Shown piece after piece: positions 29,988 to 38,731 of a stretch of DNA of 64,000 nt (the stretch's first letter is position 1; each line of letters begins with the position of its first letter). The notes beneath the pieces were generated by a model, which was not told where the DNA came from, ran no database searches, and was given only the letters and a program-made list of their open reading frames with translations. Both the position numbers and the translations under genes were made by a program. Source of the DNA: a virus. The stretch covers positions 1-64,000 of IMG/VR virus record IMGVR_UViG_3300046673_000058. The stretch is one strand, 5' to 3'.

Positions 29988-31058
29988 TTACGCGCTCGTG
30001 ACTCCACTCATAAAGATGCCCAGGTCAGAAGCGATAAGCTTCATATCCATAGCCATCTCAGCCTCTATGCGCAGCGCACGTCTCCACTCAATGCGGAAGT
30101 CGCGGACAGCGAACCATCCGGCCCCTCCGGCATTTCCGTAGCCGCCGCCACCCATCAAGTAGCCAGTCCACCCGAAGGTGTAGCCAGCGCTCGGAGTGAG
30201 TAGCGAAGGTTGTGGGTTGCTGTAGCAGAGCAGAGCGTTCAACCCGTAAAGGAAGTCGGTGTCGGCTTCTGCCGTTGCAGCACTTAGACCTTCTGCGCCG
30301 GAGTTCATCACGGCCATTGGCACAACTACGCGGTCAACACCGAGCACTTGTGCGAGGGCCTGCTCGCTCATAACTGCGGGGCTTCCCGGAGTTCCGCCGT
30401 ATTTGATACGCTCGATGATGTCTGGGTGCATGCAGAGTGTTTCAAACACTTTCGGCCCGAGGACCAAAGTATTGGGAACAAACCCTGTCTGTGCGGCCAT
30501 TGCCATCTTGTAGTGGCGTATGTCCTGTACTGGAGTCGAATTTGTGTAGTCGTTCCAGTAGCAGATTGCCGAAGCGTGTGTACCGTAGCCTGCGGTCAGG
30601 TTGTTGGCGGTGACGCCTGCGGGGTCCTGAAGAGCCCCTCCCTGGTTCCACTTGCCGGTTACGAAGTAGTTGTCAATAAACTTCTTCTCTCTAGCAAGCA
30701 AAAGCTTCTGCGTCAGGAAGAGCGTCGAGTCACGCTGCATGTTCAACGGACTGTCTGCGTTCAACACTACCCTGTCGCCAAGGTCGTGGTGCAGTGCGTA
30801 GATGTCGCAGGAATAACTGTTTGACGAGTCAATCCCGTAGCCCGTACCTTCTGACTCAGCTCCGTCTGCACGAATCTTAGCCTCATTGGTGAACCAATAG
30901 GACTTCGTGTAGTAGAAGTATTTGTCACTCATCTTCTGGACTGGAATCATCGGGAAGATTTCTGCGGCTCTGTACGCCTGTTGCTGTTGTATATACGCAA
31001 TCGATATGTTAGTCAACGGAACGTTCACGTGCACATCGGTTACAGTTGGTTGTGGCAT
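29988..31058 (-). CDS. Major capsid protein (HK97 fold)
   Basis: HVNVPLTNISIAY, IFPMIPV, PNTLVLG..L.MHP.IIERIKY, PSAGYTFGW. Confidence 0.93.
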   Translation of the reverse strand: MPQPTVTDVHVNVPLTNISIAYIQQQQAYRAAEIFPMIPVQKMSDKYFYYTKSYWFTNEAKIRADGAESEGTGYGIDSSNSYSCDIYALHHDLGDRVVLNADSPLNMQRDSTLFLTQKLLLAREKKFIDNYFVTGKWNQGGALQDPAGVTANNLTAGYGTHASAICYWNDYTNSTPVQDIRHYKMAMAAQTGFVPNTLVLGPKVFETLCMHPDIIERIKYGGTPGSPAVMSEQALAQVLGVDRVVVPMAVMNSGAEGLSAATAEADTDFLYGLNALLCYSNPQPSLLTPSAGYTFGWTGYLMGGGGYGNAGGAGWFAVRDFRIEWRRALRIEAEMAMDMKLIASDLGIFMSGVTSA

Positions 31059-31071
31059 TTTTGTTTACCTC

Positions 31072-31854
31072 TTAGTTGTACATTATGTGCACTTCGAGCA
31101 GCCCGGTGTCACCTGCAAAGGTAAGTGTAGAAAGGCTTGCTATCGAGATTGTGTCCGTCGCTGGCGTTGAGAACGCCCCCCCACCTGTTACTGTACCTGT
31201 CTCTGTGATTGGCGTCCCTAACAGCTTTAGAGCCGCATTAGAACACACGCACGTGAGGCCAGTAACTGCCGTGGAATTGACAACCAACGAGAGCGTCGTC
31301 GCGCCGCTTGTGCTTGCGACCTTCACAGGAACTGCATACATACCGGTAATCGTTCCGGTCCACCCAAGGGGTACTTGAATAGCAGTAACTGAACCACCTG
31401 CAGTGCCAAAGTTCACCATCGGAACGGTGACTGAGAACTGCCCTGCGCGGTAAACTGCGCCTTCTGCGATTCGGTTGGTGAGTGCAACTTCAATGATGCA
31501 CGACACACCGCCGTTGCCTTCAACGGCAATAGCAACAACCACGTCGCTACCTTGGCTCTTTCGCAGCATTCCTGCGGTACTGGAGATTATAAGTCCGTCG
31601 CCCGCATTTATCGTGTCGTCAGCAGTGACCCAACACTTCGAGTGTCCGAGTTCACGGACTGCGCCTACTGTTGCTTTGGTTGACCCATCAGGGTTGTCCT
31701 GTAGGATGCCCAGCATCTTTTGGATTCCCGACGTTGCGAGTGCAAGGGTTGTGTTGTTCAGGTAGACTGCGCTAAACTGACCCGCTTGCGCGGCGCTCAT
31801 GTTCGAGGTTACTGGATACGTAAAGTCCCCAATAGGGATGTCGCCTGCGGTCAT
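31072..31854 (-). CDS. Capsid cement/decoration protein with extra C-terminal domain
   Basis: LGILQDNP..G.SK..INAGD..VVAIAVE; between scaffold and major capsid genes. Confidence 0.75.
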   Translation of the reverse strand: MTAGDIPIGDFTYPVTSNMSAAQAGQFSAVYLNNTTLALATSGIQKMLGILQDNPDGSTKATVGAVRELGHSKCWVTADDTINAGDGLIISSTAGMLRKSQGSDVVVAIAVEGNGGVSCIIEVALTNRIAEGAVYRAGQFSVTVPMVNFGTAGGSVTAIQVPLGWTGTITGMYAVPVKVASTSGATTLSLVVNSTAVTGLTCVCSNAALKLLGTPITETGTVTGGGAFSTPATDTISIASLSTLTFAGDTGLLEVHIMYN

Positions 31855-32834
31855 AGTGTTTTCCTCTCGCGCATCATTTCCTCGTAAATCTCGGGGTGCG
31901 CTAATGTTTCTGCTGCCATCGCTGCTTCGATTGTCATACCTTCAGACTTCTCCACACGCGCTTTTGCGAGCGCAGCGAGCTTGCCTTCCGGAGTCCCTTC
32001 AATAGCGGCGGTCGAACCGACCTCTACGAAAAGATTTGACTCCTTGAGCCCCGCATCTGCGGCCTTGAAGATTCCTTCGACAGCTTTAAAGGTTTCAGGC
32101 GAGAGTTTCTCGTCCATCTCCTTCAATAGCATGGCGAATTTCTCCGTCTTGGGCAGGTGCGTAAATTCGTCAGCCTTTGCGACGAACTCTTTGACGCGCT
32201 TCTCTTCCTCCATCTTCTCTATCTTAGTCTCAAGTGTTTCATTGGCCTTGAACAGATAGCGAACGGGACCTTGAACGTCCTCAGGAAGGAGGTCGATGTC
32301 AGCCTCTTTGGTTATTTTTTCGAGGGCCTTCTGCACTGCAGAATCCTCGTCGGCTTTAGCCATTTTAGTGGCTTTCTTTGCCATTTTCTTTGCCTTCTTT
32401 TGTGGAACTTCTTCTTCGTCGTCTTCGTCGCCGTCAGGCTCTTCGTCCTCGTCGTCTTCCGTAGGTGCAGGTTTGGCTTTTTTCGTAGCCGCCTTCTTGA
32501 ACCCAGCGGATTCCGCAAGCGTGTCGAAGATGTCAGAAGGAAGTTCTTCAGCATATGCCGTAGCCAGCTTCATGAGTGCAACTGATACCTCAGTCGCATC
32601 CGTGGACAGGTCCGGCGTCTTCTTTTTTAGTGTTTCTCGCAGGTTGTCCTCTGTGCCCAAATCGGCCTTGAGGACTTCTGCATAAGGTAATTCTTCCATG
32701 AATACCTCGTTGTTCTCTATGGGTGCGCCGTCTTCTTTCAGGATTTTGAACCGCTTACGATTCGCACCCTGTTTGACTAGCGAGATTTCAGTTACCACAA
32801 GGTCTTGGAGCTCGGTCGGCTCTTTATTAGCCAT
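31851..32834 (-). CDS. Scaffold protein with protease-completing N-terminal motif
   Basis: LQDLVVTEISLVKQGAN; acidic/Lys coiled coil; C-terminal HPEIYEE. Confidence 0.8.
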   Translation of the reverse strand: MANKEPTELQDLVVTEISLVKQGANRKRFKILKEDGAPIENNEVFMEELPYAEVLKADLGTEDNLRETLKKKTPDLSTDATEVSVALMKLATAYAEELPSDIFDTLAESAGFKKAATKKAKPAPTEDDEDEEPDGDEDDEEEVPQKKAKKMAKKATKMAKADEDSAVQKALEKITKEADIDLLPEDVQGPVRYLFKANETLETKIEKMEEEKRVKEFVAKADEFTHLPKTEKFAMLLKEMDEKLSPETFKAVEGIFKAADAGLKESNLFVEVGSTAAIEGTPEGKLAALAKARVEKSEGMTIEAAMAAETLAHPEIYEEMMRERKTL

Positions 32835-32929
32835 GGCTCATGCCTCCTTGAGATTTCCCAAATAAAACGAGCAGCGAAGCTAAGGCTAGTGCGCCATTTG
32901 TATCAACCTTGTCGGTCACTCGCGCCTGG

Positions 32930-33358
32930 TTACTCCGCTGTTGGGTTTGCTTCTACGCGCACCCCGGTGCCTCCGATTGAAAACGCTGAAAGTTCTCCAC
33001 TCTCAACTTTCTTCCAGAGGGCATCGTCATTTATCTTGACGCCTACGACCCAGGACCCCTTGACGATTTTTTCGCCGTCCACGACCATATCAACGGGCGT
33101 GATTTGGTTCTCCACGATTACGGCTTTTGCCGTGCCTTTGTGCTGATTTCCGACAATGCGGCTTTTTTCCATAAAGTCCCAAGCCGCTTTTCTCAAGGTT
33201 TCTGGTTTTATCCAGTCTCCTTGCGAATCGGTTTCACACGTACCACCCTTTTGACAAGGTGAGTAGACCACGCCGTAAACAACGCGTGGTTTTTTGGCAT
33301 CGGCCTGCTTCAACAGGCGTATCGTGTGTTGCCAGGTCGCTTTGTTTTTGTTTAACAT
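32930..33358 (-). CDS. XkdF-like prohead serine protease
   Basis: VVYGVVYSP, DSQGD, KAAWDFM, KGSWV, LWKKVESGELSAFSIGG. Confidence 0.9.
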   Translation of the reverse strand: MLNKNKATWQHTIRLLKQADAKKPRVVYGVVYSPCQKGGTCETDSQGDWIKPETLRKAAWDFMEKSRIVGNQHKGTAKAVIVENQITPVDMVVDGEKIVKGSWVVGVKINDDALWKKVESGELSAFSIGGTGVRVEANPTAE

Positions 33359-33382
33359 GTAAAGATTCTCATTGGTGACTAT

Positions 33383-34009
33383 TTAACTATTACGTAATTG
33401 TAGGTACTCTTCGTGCGTCTTTGTGCCCTTTTGTAGGTTACATCGTGCACAGCTTATGGCTATATTTGAGATATCATTCTTGCCGCCACGCGATATTGGG
33501 GTCTTGTGCTCAATATGAACTTCCTTATCGAATGAGGCGTAAAGCAGTTCACCACAATAGAAACAGAATCCTTCTTGCTGCTCAAATAACTCGTTTAGTT
33601 CTTTGAAAGTGAATGTGCCGCCATTATTCTTTTTGCGTGCGCGGTGATTGTTATTGTTTATCCGTCGCTTTTCGGGGTTATCCCTGCGCCATCTGCGCGA
33701 TTTTTCTCGGTTGTATTCTCTGCGGGTCTTTCTGTATTCGCGCTCATATTCTGGGTGCTCTTCCCGCCACGTAATATCATAGTCGTGTTTTTTATCGTGG
33801 TTATTTACACACCATTCGCGTTTGGCTTCGAGACATTGTTCACACGTTTTATAATGAGGGGAGCTCACAGGTTTACCACAGCTAGAGCACACCCCGTCAT
33901 GAAACGTATCTCTACGTCTTTGCATCCATTCGCGAGCGCGTTTGCGGCAAGACGCACACCTCTTATAGCGGTCTTCTTCAACCTCACGACTACAATGGGT
34001 GCACTTCAT
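33383..34009 (-). CDS. HNH homing endonuclease with N-terminal zinc fingers
   Basis: CFYCG..HIEHKTPISRGG..NIAISCARCN; four N-terminal CxxC pairs. Confidence 0.9.
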   Translation of the reverse strand: MKCTHCSREVEEDRYKRCASCRKRAREWMQRRRDTFHDGVCSSCGKPVSSPHYKTCEQCLEAKREWCVNNHDKKHDYDITWREEHPEYEREYRKTRREYNREKSRRWRRDNPEKRRINNNNHRARKKNNGGTFTFKELNELFEQQEGFCFYCGELLYASFDKEVHIEHKTPISRGGKNDISNIAISCARCNLQKGTKTHEEYLQLRNS

Positions 34010-34072
34010 CTCGATTCTAACTCACCATTTGCCCCGATTCGTTATAAAGGAACGTAGCGTGCCCTGGAAGTA

Positions 34073-35398
34073 TTATCTGCGCTTCTCCAGACTCTTTCTA
34101 AGTCTGCCGTATTCCAGATAATTAAGCTTAGCCTGCACCATCTTCTTGAGTTGCTCCCGCTTGCGTATGAGCTCTTGATTGGTTCGAGGGGTTCCCAACG
34201 CATTCGGGTGGGGCAATGTCACCGCGACCTCTGTCCCTAACGACTTCTTCACAGTATGCCCCAATGCTACGACTATCGGCTCACTTGCCGCAGAGCGCCT
34301 CACTTGCTGCTCATCTTTCCAGAATGACTCAGCTTTAATCTCCGACTCTGTTGGCTCTCTTACCTTACCCGCTTCATCCTTCAACAGACGCGGGATTAAG
34401 TACGTAATAGCTATATCATCCCTCGTGATGCCCATTGGCTCAAGGTACTGTTCGTTGAATATTCTACCACTAGGGCCAACGAGTGCTTCCTTGCGGAGGG
34501 ATTCAATTACGCCGGGACTCGCCGCTACAAACGTAACGAGTGGCTGCGAGCCGGTGAATGGCTCCACGGTTGTATCAACCTTTGTGACTTCTTTAATTTC
34601 TTCAACTTCTTCTGCTTCTTCTGCCTTCACGGTTTTCTCCTGCTTTTTGGCCTTCTCTTCTTTTTTAGCGGATTTAGAACTAGACTCTTCATCTTTTGCA
34701 CGCGCTGCTATCTCATCGACCGTTCCAAAGTGACACTTTTCAACGTCACTCTCTGCGGACTTCTGCGTGATAGCACCCCATTTAAGCGGCGCCCCTGCGG
34801 TACTCTCCGTTCCTGCGGCGTCCGCCTTTGCTTTGAGCGCGGCTACAAGCTGTGCGTGGAACCAGTTCATATCGGCCTGTGAGAATCCGGACAGGAGATT
34901 ACCCTGCGCGGCCCACATCGCCATGCGCCGATTGTATGCGGTGAGGTCTGCGGTGCTCTTGGTCTTAACTTCCGCGGCGAGTTTTGATTTCTCCGGGTCC
35001 GTGAGTGACTTTTCTATTTCTGAACCTTCATCGGATTTCTTCATCTTCATGCAGTTGTCTGCGACTTTTTGGCAGTCAGGGTGTAGTTTTTCTTCTTGCT
35101 TCTCAACTTCTGGCTCTTCTTTAGCTACAGGTGGCTGCATCTCTACCGCTGCTGGTGCACTTTCAGGCTCCGATGATGCAGTAGTGGCGCTTGTAGCAGC
35201 CGACCTTGCCTTTCCAGAGTTGCGTCCGCCTGCTTTATTCCGTGCCTTCGAGTTTATATGGTCCCAGACCGTCTTAGGCAGGTATTCTTTCGCAGCGGCG
35301 CGCAGTTCTTCGAAATACTCTTTAGAGTACTCCCTAGCGGCGCCGTCTTTCTCTATTTCGTCAGTCTCAACTTTTTCAACAGTTGTTTCTTCACTCAT
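34073..35398 (-). CDS. Multidomain head-module protein with C-terminal uracil-DNA-glycosylase-like domain
   Basis: VTFVAASPG..E...LVGPSG, GITRDDIAIT, REPTESEI, IVVALG, LPHP in the order of family-4 UDG motifs. Confidence 0.7.
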   Translation of the reverse strand: MSEETTVEKVETDEIEKDGAAREYSKEYFEELRAAAKEYLPKTVWDHINSKARNKAGGRNSGKARSAATSATTASSEPESAPAAVEMQPPVAKEEPEVEKQEEKLHPDCQKVADNCMKMKKSDEGSEIEKSLTDPEKSKLAAEVKTKSTADLTAYNRRMAMWAAQGNLLSGFSQADMNWFHAQLVAALKAKADAAGTESTAGAPLKWGAITQKSAESDVEKCHFGTVDEIAARAKDEESSSKSAKKEEKAKKQEKTVKAEEAEEVEEIKEVTKVDTTVEPFTGSQPLVTFVAASPGVIESLRKEALVGPSGRIFNEQYLEPMGITRDDIAITYLIPRLLKDEAGKVREPTESEIKAESFWKDEQQVRRSAASEPIVVALGHTVKKSLGTEVAVTLPHPNALGTPRTNQELIRKREQLKKMVQAKLNYLEYGRLRKSLEKRR

Positions 35399-35643
35399 TT
35401 CTTTACCTTTATAGGGGCGTCCGCAATGTGCATCTTCAACGCACGATTGACCCCTTTTAGCTGATTTCGTATGTCTTTTAGTTGTAACGTAAGCACCTTG
35501 ACCTGTGAATCTAAGTCGAGGTCCGGTGCGTAGTTCTCGGCAGTCTGATACTCGGGTTCTTCAATAGCCGGTTTCATTGTGAGCCATGAGTAATCATGGT
35601 ATTCTTGGCTTTGGTTTCCGCAAGAGATTTTATTCTGCTTCAT
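35395..35643 (-). CDS. Small coiled-coil protein
   Basis: Overlap-coupled ORF; LDSQVKVLTLQLKDIRNQL. Confidence 0.5.
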   Translation of the reverse strand: MKQNKISCGNQSQEYHDYSWLTMKPAIEEPEYQTAENYAPDLDLDSQVKVLTLQLKDIRNQLKGVNRALKMHIADAPIKVKK

Positions 35644-35726
35644 CGCTTGACCTTAGGATACGCGCGTCGTGATGGCACTATCCTCTTTGAATACCACTTA
35701 CGGTAAGCAGTTCTTAGAATACTCAT
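35640..35726 (-). CDS. 28-aa basic microprotein resembling a portal helix
   Basis: MSILRTAYRKWYSKRIVPSRRAYPKVKR; ATGA overlaps at both ends. Confidence 0.5.
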   Translation of the reverse strand: MSILRTAYRKWYSKRIVPSRRAYPKVKR

Positions 35727-38521
35727 CGCTTTGCCTTCTTCTTCTTGCCGCCAAGTGGTGCGTTAACGTGAACATCCCCCGCACTCGGCTGCCCCGACTT
35801 AGCCTGCGACCCATACTCACTCGTCGCCGGTGTCTCCACGTTTAACCTTTGTTGGCGTTCAGTAGTATCCGCCGCCGTTTGCCCCGGAAGCATTGCGTCC
35901 GCCGCTGTCTGTTGCGGTGGCGCGGCCGTCTGTCCCGGAAGTAATGAATCAGCCGGTGGTTTTACCTCTGCGTCCTCGGGTTCAGGCTCTGTGGGGAGGT
36001 GTAAGATGTTCCAAATCTTGTTTCTAAAGTCCACAGTGTCTGGAATTGTGACACCCCCGCGTGCAAGTAGGGATATTGCATTTGCTATGTCAAGTCCCGC
36101 ACTTGAGGCGATATCTCCGTGGGTGAGTTTTGGTAGTGACTGGGGGTTTATGTTGGCGTTGAGCCTCGCTAATCTCGGTACCGCATACGAGTTAATCGTC
36201 TCTGCTATCGAATCGAGTATTGCGGTTATTGATAGACTAAAGATGTCGTTCCGCGTTTCCGCTAAGGCGTATGAGCCGGTTTGGTCCTGCCCCAACATCA
36301 GGAAATCCGCGAGAACAGTCATCGCTATCATCTTGTTGTATCTGTTGATTATATCCCCCGTCATGAACTGCCGCTGGCTCGAGGGGCCTAAGAGTTGAAT
36401 GTCGTACATTAACCCAGGGCCGCCGTCTTCGGGTGGGTAAAGTGTGGAGGGGAGGATTATGCCCTCGTCCTGGTTCCTGTGGATGTTGGTGATGACTTGT
36501 TTATAATAATCGCGGGCGCTAACAGCGTCCGCGTCTGAACCGAGCAGGACATTCTCAGGTACTCTCATAATAGGAATGCCTGCGAGGTCACGCTCAACGC
36601 CGATGGCTTCGATGTCTTCGATATTTTTCTTCAAATACCACGAACGGTACGCACCACGAAGCATACTGACGCCTTCTGGGTTCCCTTTGCGTGGTTTAAC
36701 CCTGAAGAGTAGGGATTTCTCCATCGGTATCTCAGTTATGCGGTAGTGTGGTGGGGCCAATTGAACCATGGCCACGACGCCGCCGTTAACGTCGAAGTCC
36801 CACCTAAGCAAACTTTCTTGGGTTCTGATGGCCCATTTTCTCCACCCTATGCGGCCGTCGTCGAAGTTGCTGTCGAGGGTTGGGTCGTCAGGGTGCGGCC
36901 CCTCGCGCTTTTTATAAACTTGCTCAAGCCAGCAGTTAGAAACAATTATTGGCCCCGCACAGAACGTGTGGTCTTCCTCTACTTCTAAGTCATAGACCGG
37001 CCCTTCATAATACACACGTTTAATCGAAACTATCTTATGTCCTAATGCTTCGTCATAAACTTTAACTTGAAGACCCTGCTGCTTTGCTCCACCGTTGGTT
37101 TCAGATTTCTCCGAGAGCCACCGCCACGCGGTGACGTAAGATACACCACATTCTTTAGCAACTTCGTGTAGTGTTTTTCCGTCTTCCCTAAGCTTCCGCG
37201 CTTTACCTTCTAATTCTGAGCGTTTCCAATCTGTTATTCTTGCAGGAAGCGCACCTACCTTGTACGCCACACCATCAAAACGTATGGGTGATGGTAATCC
37301 GAGTGCACCCGCGATTAGTTGCATTTGCTGCGCTAGTGACTTGCTTACTGTTGTTACTGCGCTTATTGTGAACCCTTTGGACTGGGATACAAAACCATCA
37401 CCCCATAACCAACCGTCAAATAGGCCACACGCAAATTCTTTTTCTTCGGGCAATTTTGAGAGCCGCTTATCGTGCGCATTATCACCCAACACCCACGAAT
37501 CAATAAGCTCTCGGAAACGCGGGTGTGAGATAGTAACCCGCCCTGAATTTGGCCTATCTTTACCTATAACTGGATACCGCCCCGCTTTCAAAGAACTAAG
37601 GTGGTGGTGTTTCTCAGCACCTTCACGTTCCATCCATTCGTCTATCTGGTTAGCAAGTTCTTCAACTTCTTTTGTGTGAACGTCAAACATAACGCGGGTT
37701 CTATCTGGTGCTCTACTCCCTTCTGCTACATACGCACCAACTAGCCACCCGGATAAGTAGTCGCCACCTTCTTTGAGTTTAGGGCGCGGACGTAATACGA
37801 TGTCCCCGGTGTTCAGCTCACCTGCGGTTTTCCATCCGTCCTTTGTTGGGAGTTGGTGCTCAGGCGTCATCTGTATCGGATGTGGGTACCCAAGTATCTT
37901 TAGTTCCACCAAATCGCCAGTGTATTCGCGGGTGTAAATTTTTGTTACTGCGCGTGCGCGGCCATGCTTAGTGAGAACTAAATCACCTAGTTTGACGTCC
38001 TGTATCTTGATAGGAACGCCTGTACCGTTTAGAATCATTTGATTAGTAGGTATGCACCAACCAAATATAAACATACTGAGTATTTCAGCTAACGTGTCTT
38101 CCCAGTTGACACTCATATCTTCAAACAAACACTGGCTAAAGAACTCTGCGGCCTGTTCGTCTTCCGGTGAATCGCCACCGGGTTCAAACGACCAATCTAC
38201 CGAGCGACATACCATTTCAACGGCGTAAAAGATTGACGAGATAATGGCATCATTGGTTGCCATTTCCTTATAAATCTTGACGCCTTTTTGCTGTTGGAGC
38301 TCTGGTAACCACTCTTCCCAGATGTACGGGCCCAAACGGAATAATCCGGTCGTGCCGTATTCCTGGAAGTAATTAATATTACTGGGCCGCGTGATTGAGG
38401 CCCCTTGTGAATCAAGCGTGGGGAAATCTGCAGGACTCAACCCGCCGCCACCAGACGTAACAGGCTGCTTGGAGATACGTTCAGCATCTTCTTTTGTTAT
38501 CTTCTTTTTTCTTGGCGGCAT
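35723..38521 (-). CDS. Portal protein (DUF935-like) containing an intein
   Basis: After TerL; IYKEMATNDA, RIGWRKWAIR.QE, NPEGVSMLRGAY..W, IGVERDLAG; probable start MPPRKKK. Confidence 0.92.
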   Translation of the reverse strand: MPPRKKKITKEDAERISKQPVTSGGGGLSPADFPTLDSQGASITRPSNINYFQEYGTTGLFRLGPYIWEEWLPELQQQKGVKIYKEMATNDAIISSIFYAVEMVCRSVDWSFEPGGDSPEDEQAAEFFSQCLFEDMSVNWEDTLAEILSMFIFGWCIPTNQMILNGTGVPIKIQDVKLGDLVLTKHGRARAVTKIYTREYTGDLVELKILGYPHPIQMTPEHQLPTKDGWKTAGELNTGDIVLRPRPKLKEGGDYLSGWLVGAYVAEGSRAPDRTRVMFDVHTKEVEELANQIDEWMEREGAEKHHHLSSLKAGRYPVIGKDRPNSGRVTISHPRFRELIDSWVLGDNAHDKRLSKLPEEKEFACGLFDGWLWGDGFVSQSKGFTISAVTTVSKSLAQQMQLIAGALGLPSPIRFDGVAYKVGALPARITDWKRSELEGKARKLREDGKTLHEVAKECGVSYVTAWRWLSEKSETNGGAKQQGLQVKVYDEALGHKIVSIKRVYYEGPVYDLEVEEDHTFCAGPIIVSNCWLEQVYKKREGPHPDDPTLDSNFDDGRIGWRKWAIRTQESLLRWDFDVNGGVVAMVQLAPPHYRITEIPMEKSLLFRVKPRKGNPEGVSMLRGAYRSWYLKKNIEDIEAIGVERDLAGIPIMRVPENVLLGSDADAVSARDYYKQVITNIHRNQDEGIILPSTLYPPEDGGPGLMYDIQLLGPSSQRQFMTGDIINRYNKMIAMTVLADFLMLGQDQTGSYALAETRNDIFSLSITAILDSIAETINSYAVPRLARLNANINPQSLPKLTHGDIASSAGLDIANAISLLARGGVTIPDTVDFRNKIWNILHLPTEPEPEDAEVKPPADSLLPGQTAAPPQQTAADAMLPGQTAADTTERQQRLNVETPATSEYGSQAKSGQPSAGDVHVNAPLGGKKKKAKR
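36935..38056 (-). mobile_element. Intein (374 aa) with LAGLIDADG homing endonuclease
   Basis: GW|CIPTNQ.. block A, MTPEH block B, LVGAYVAEG and FDGWLWGDG, VYDLEVEEDHTF..VSN|C. Confidence 0.93.
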
Positions 38522-38552
38522 TTTGTTAAAACCTTTTGAACCTTTCGAATGC

Positions 38553-38582
38553 AATCATCATTTAATCATCAGCTAATCATCA
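38553..38582. repeat. Three TGATGATT repeats (minus strand) at 11-bp spacing upstream of portal
   Basis: aatcatca at 38553, 38564, 38575. Confidence 0.8.
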
Positions 38583-38731
38583 GAATAATCACTTCAATTC
38601 AGAAACGCACGTGCGCCTTGACCAACGTGATTTTCTCTCTCCGTAAGATGATAACTTACGTGATTGGTTGGCCTGTGCGTGGCATTGTGAGCACCACCCC
38701 TGAATTGTGCACCATTGGCGGCAATCGGAGC

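Noticed and set aside
33359-34072. Group I intron carrying the HNH gene between the UDG-like gene and the protease
   Set aside because: Flanking non-coding stretches are only ~24 and ~63 nt, too short for a ribozyme core; no P/Q/R/S elements seen
35644-35722. Structured ncRNA (AGGATA/TATCCT and CTTAC/GTAAG stems)
   Set aside because: Stems are short; the region is better explained by the coupled 28-aa ORF
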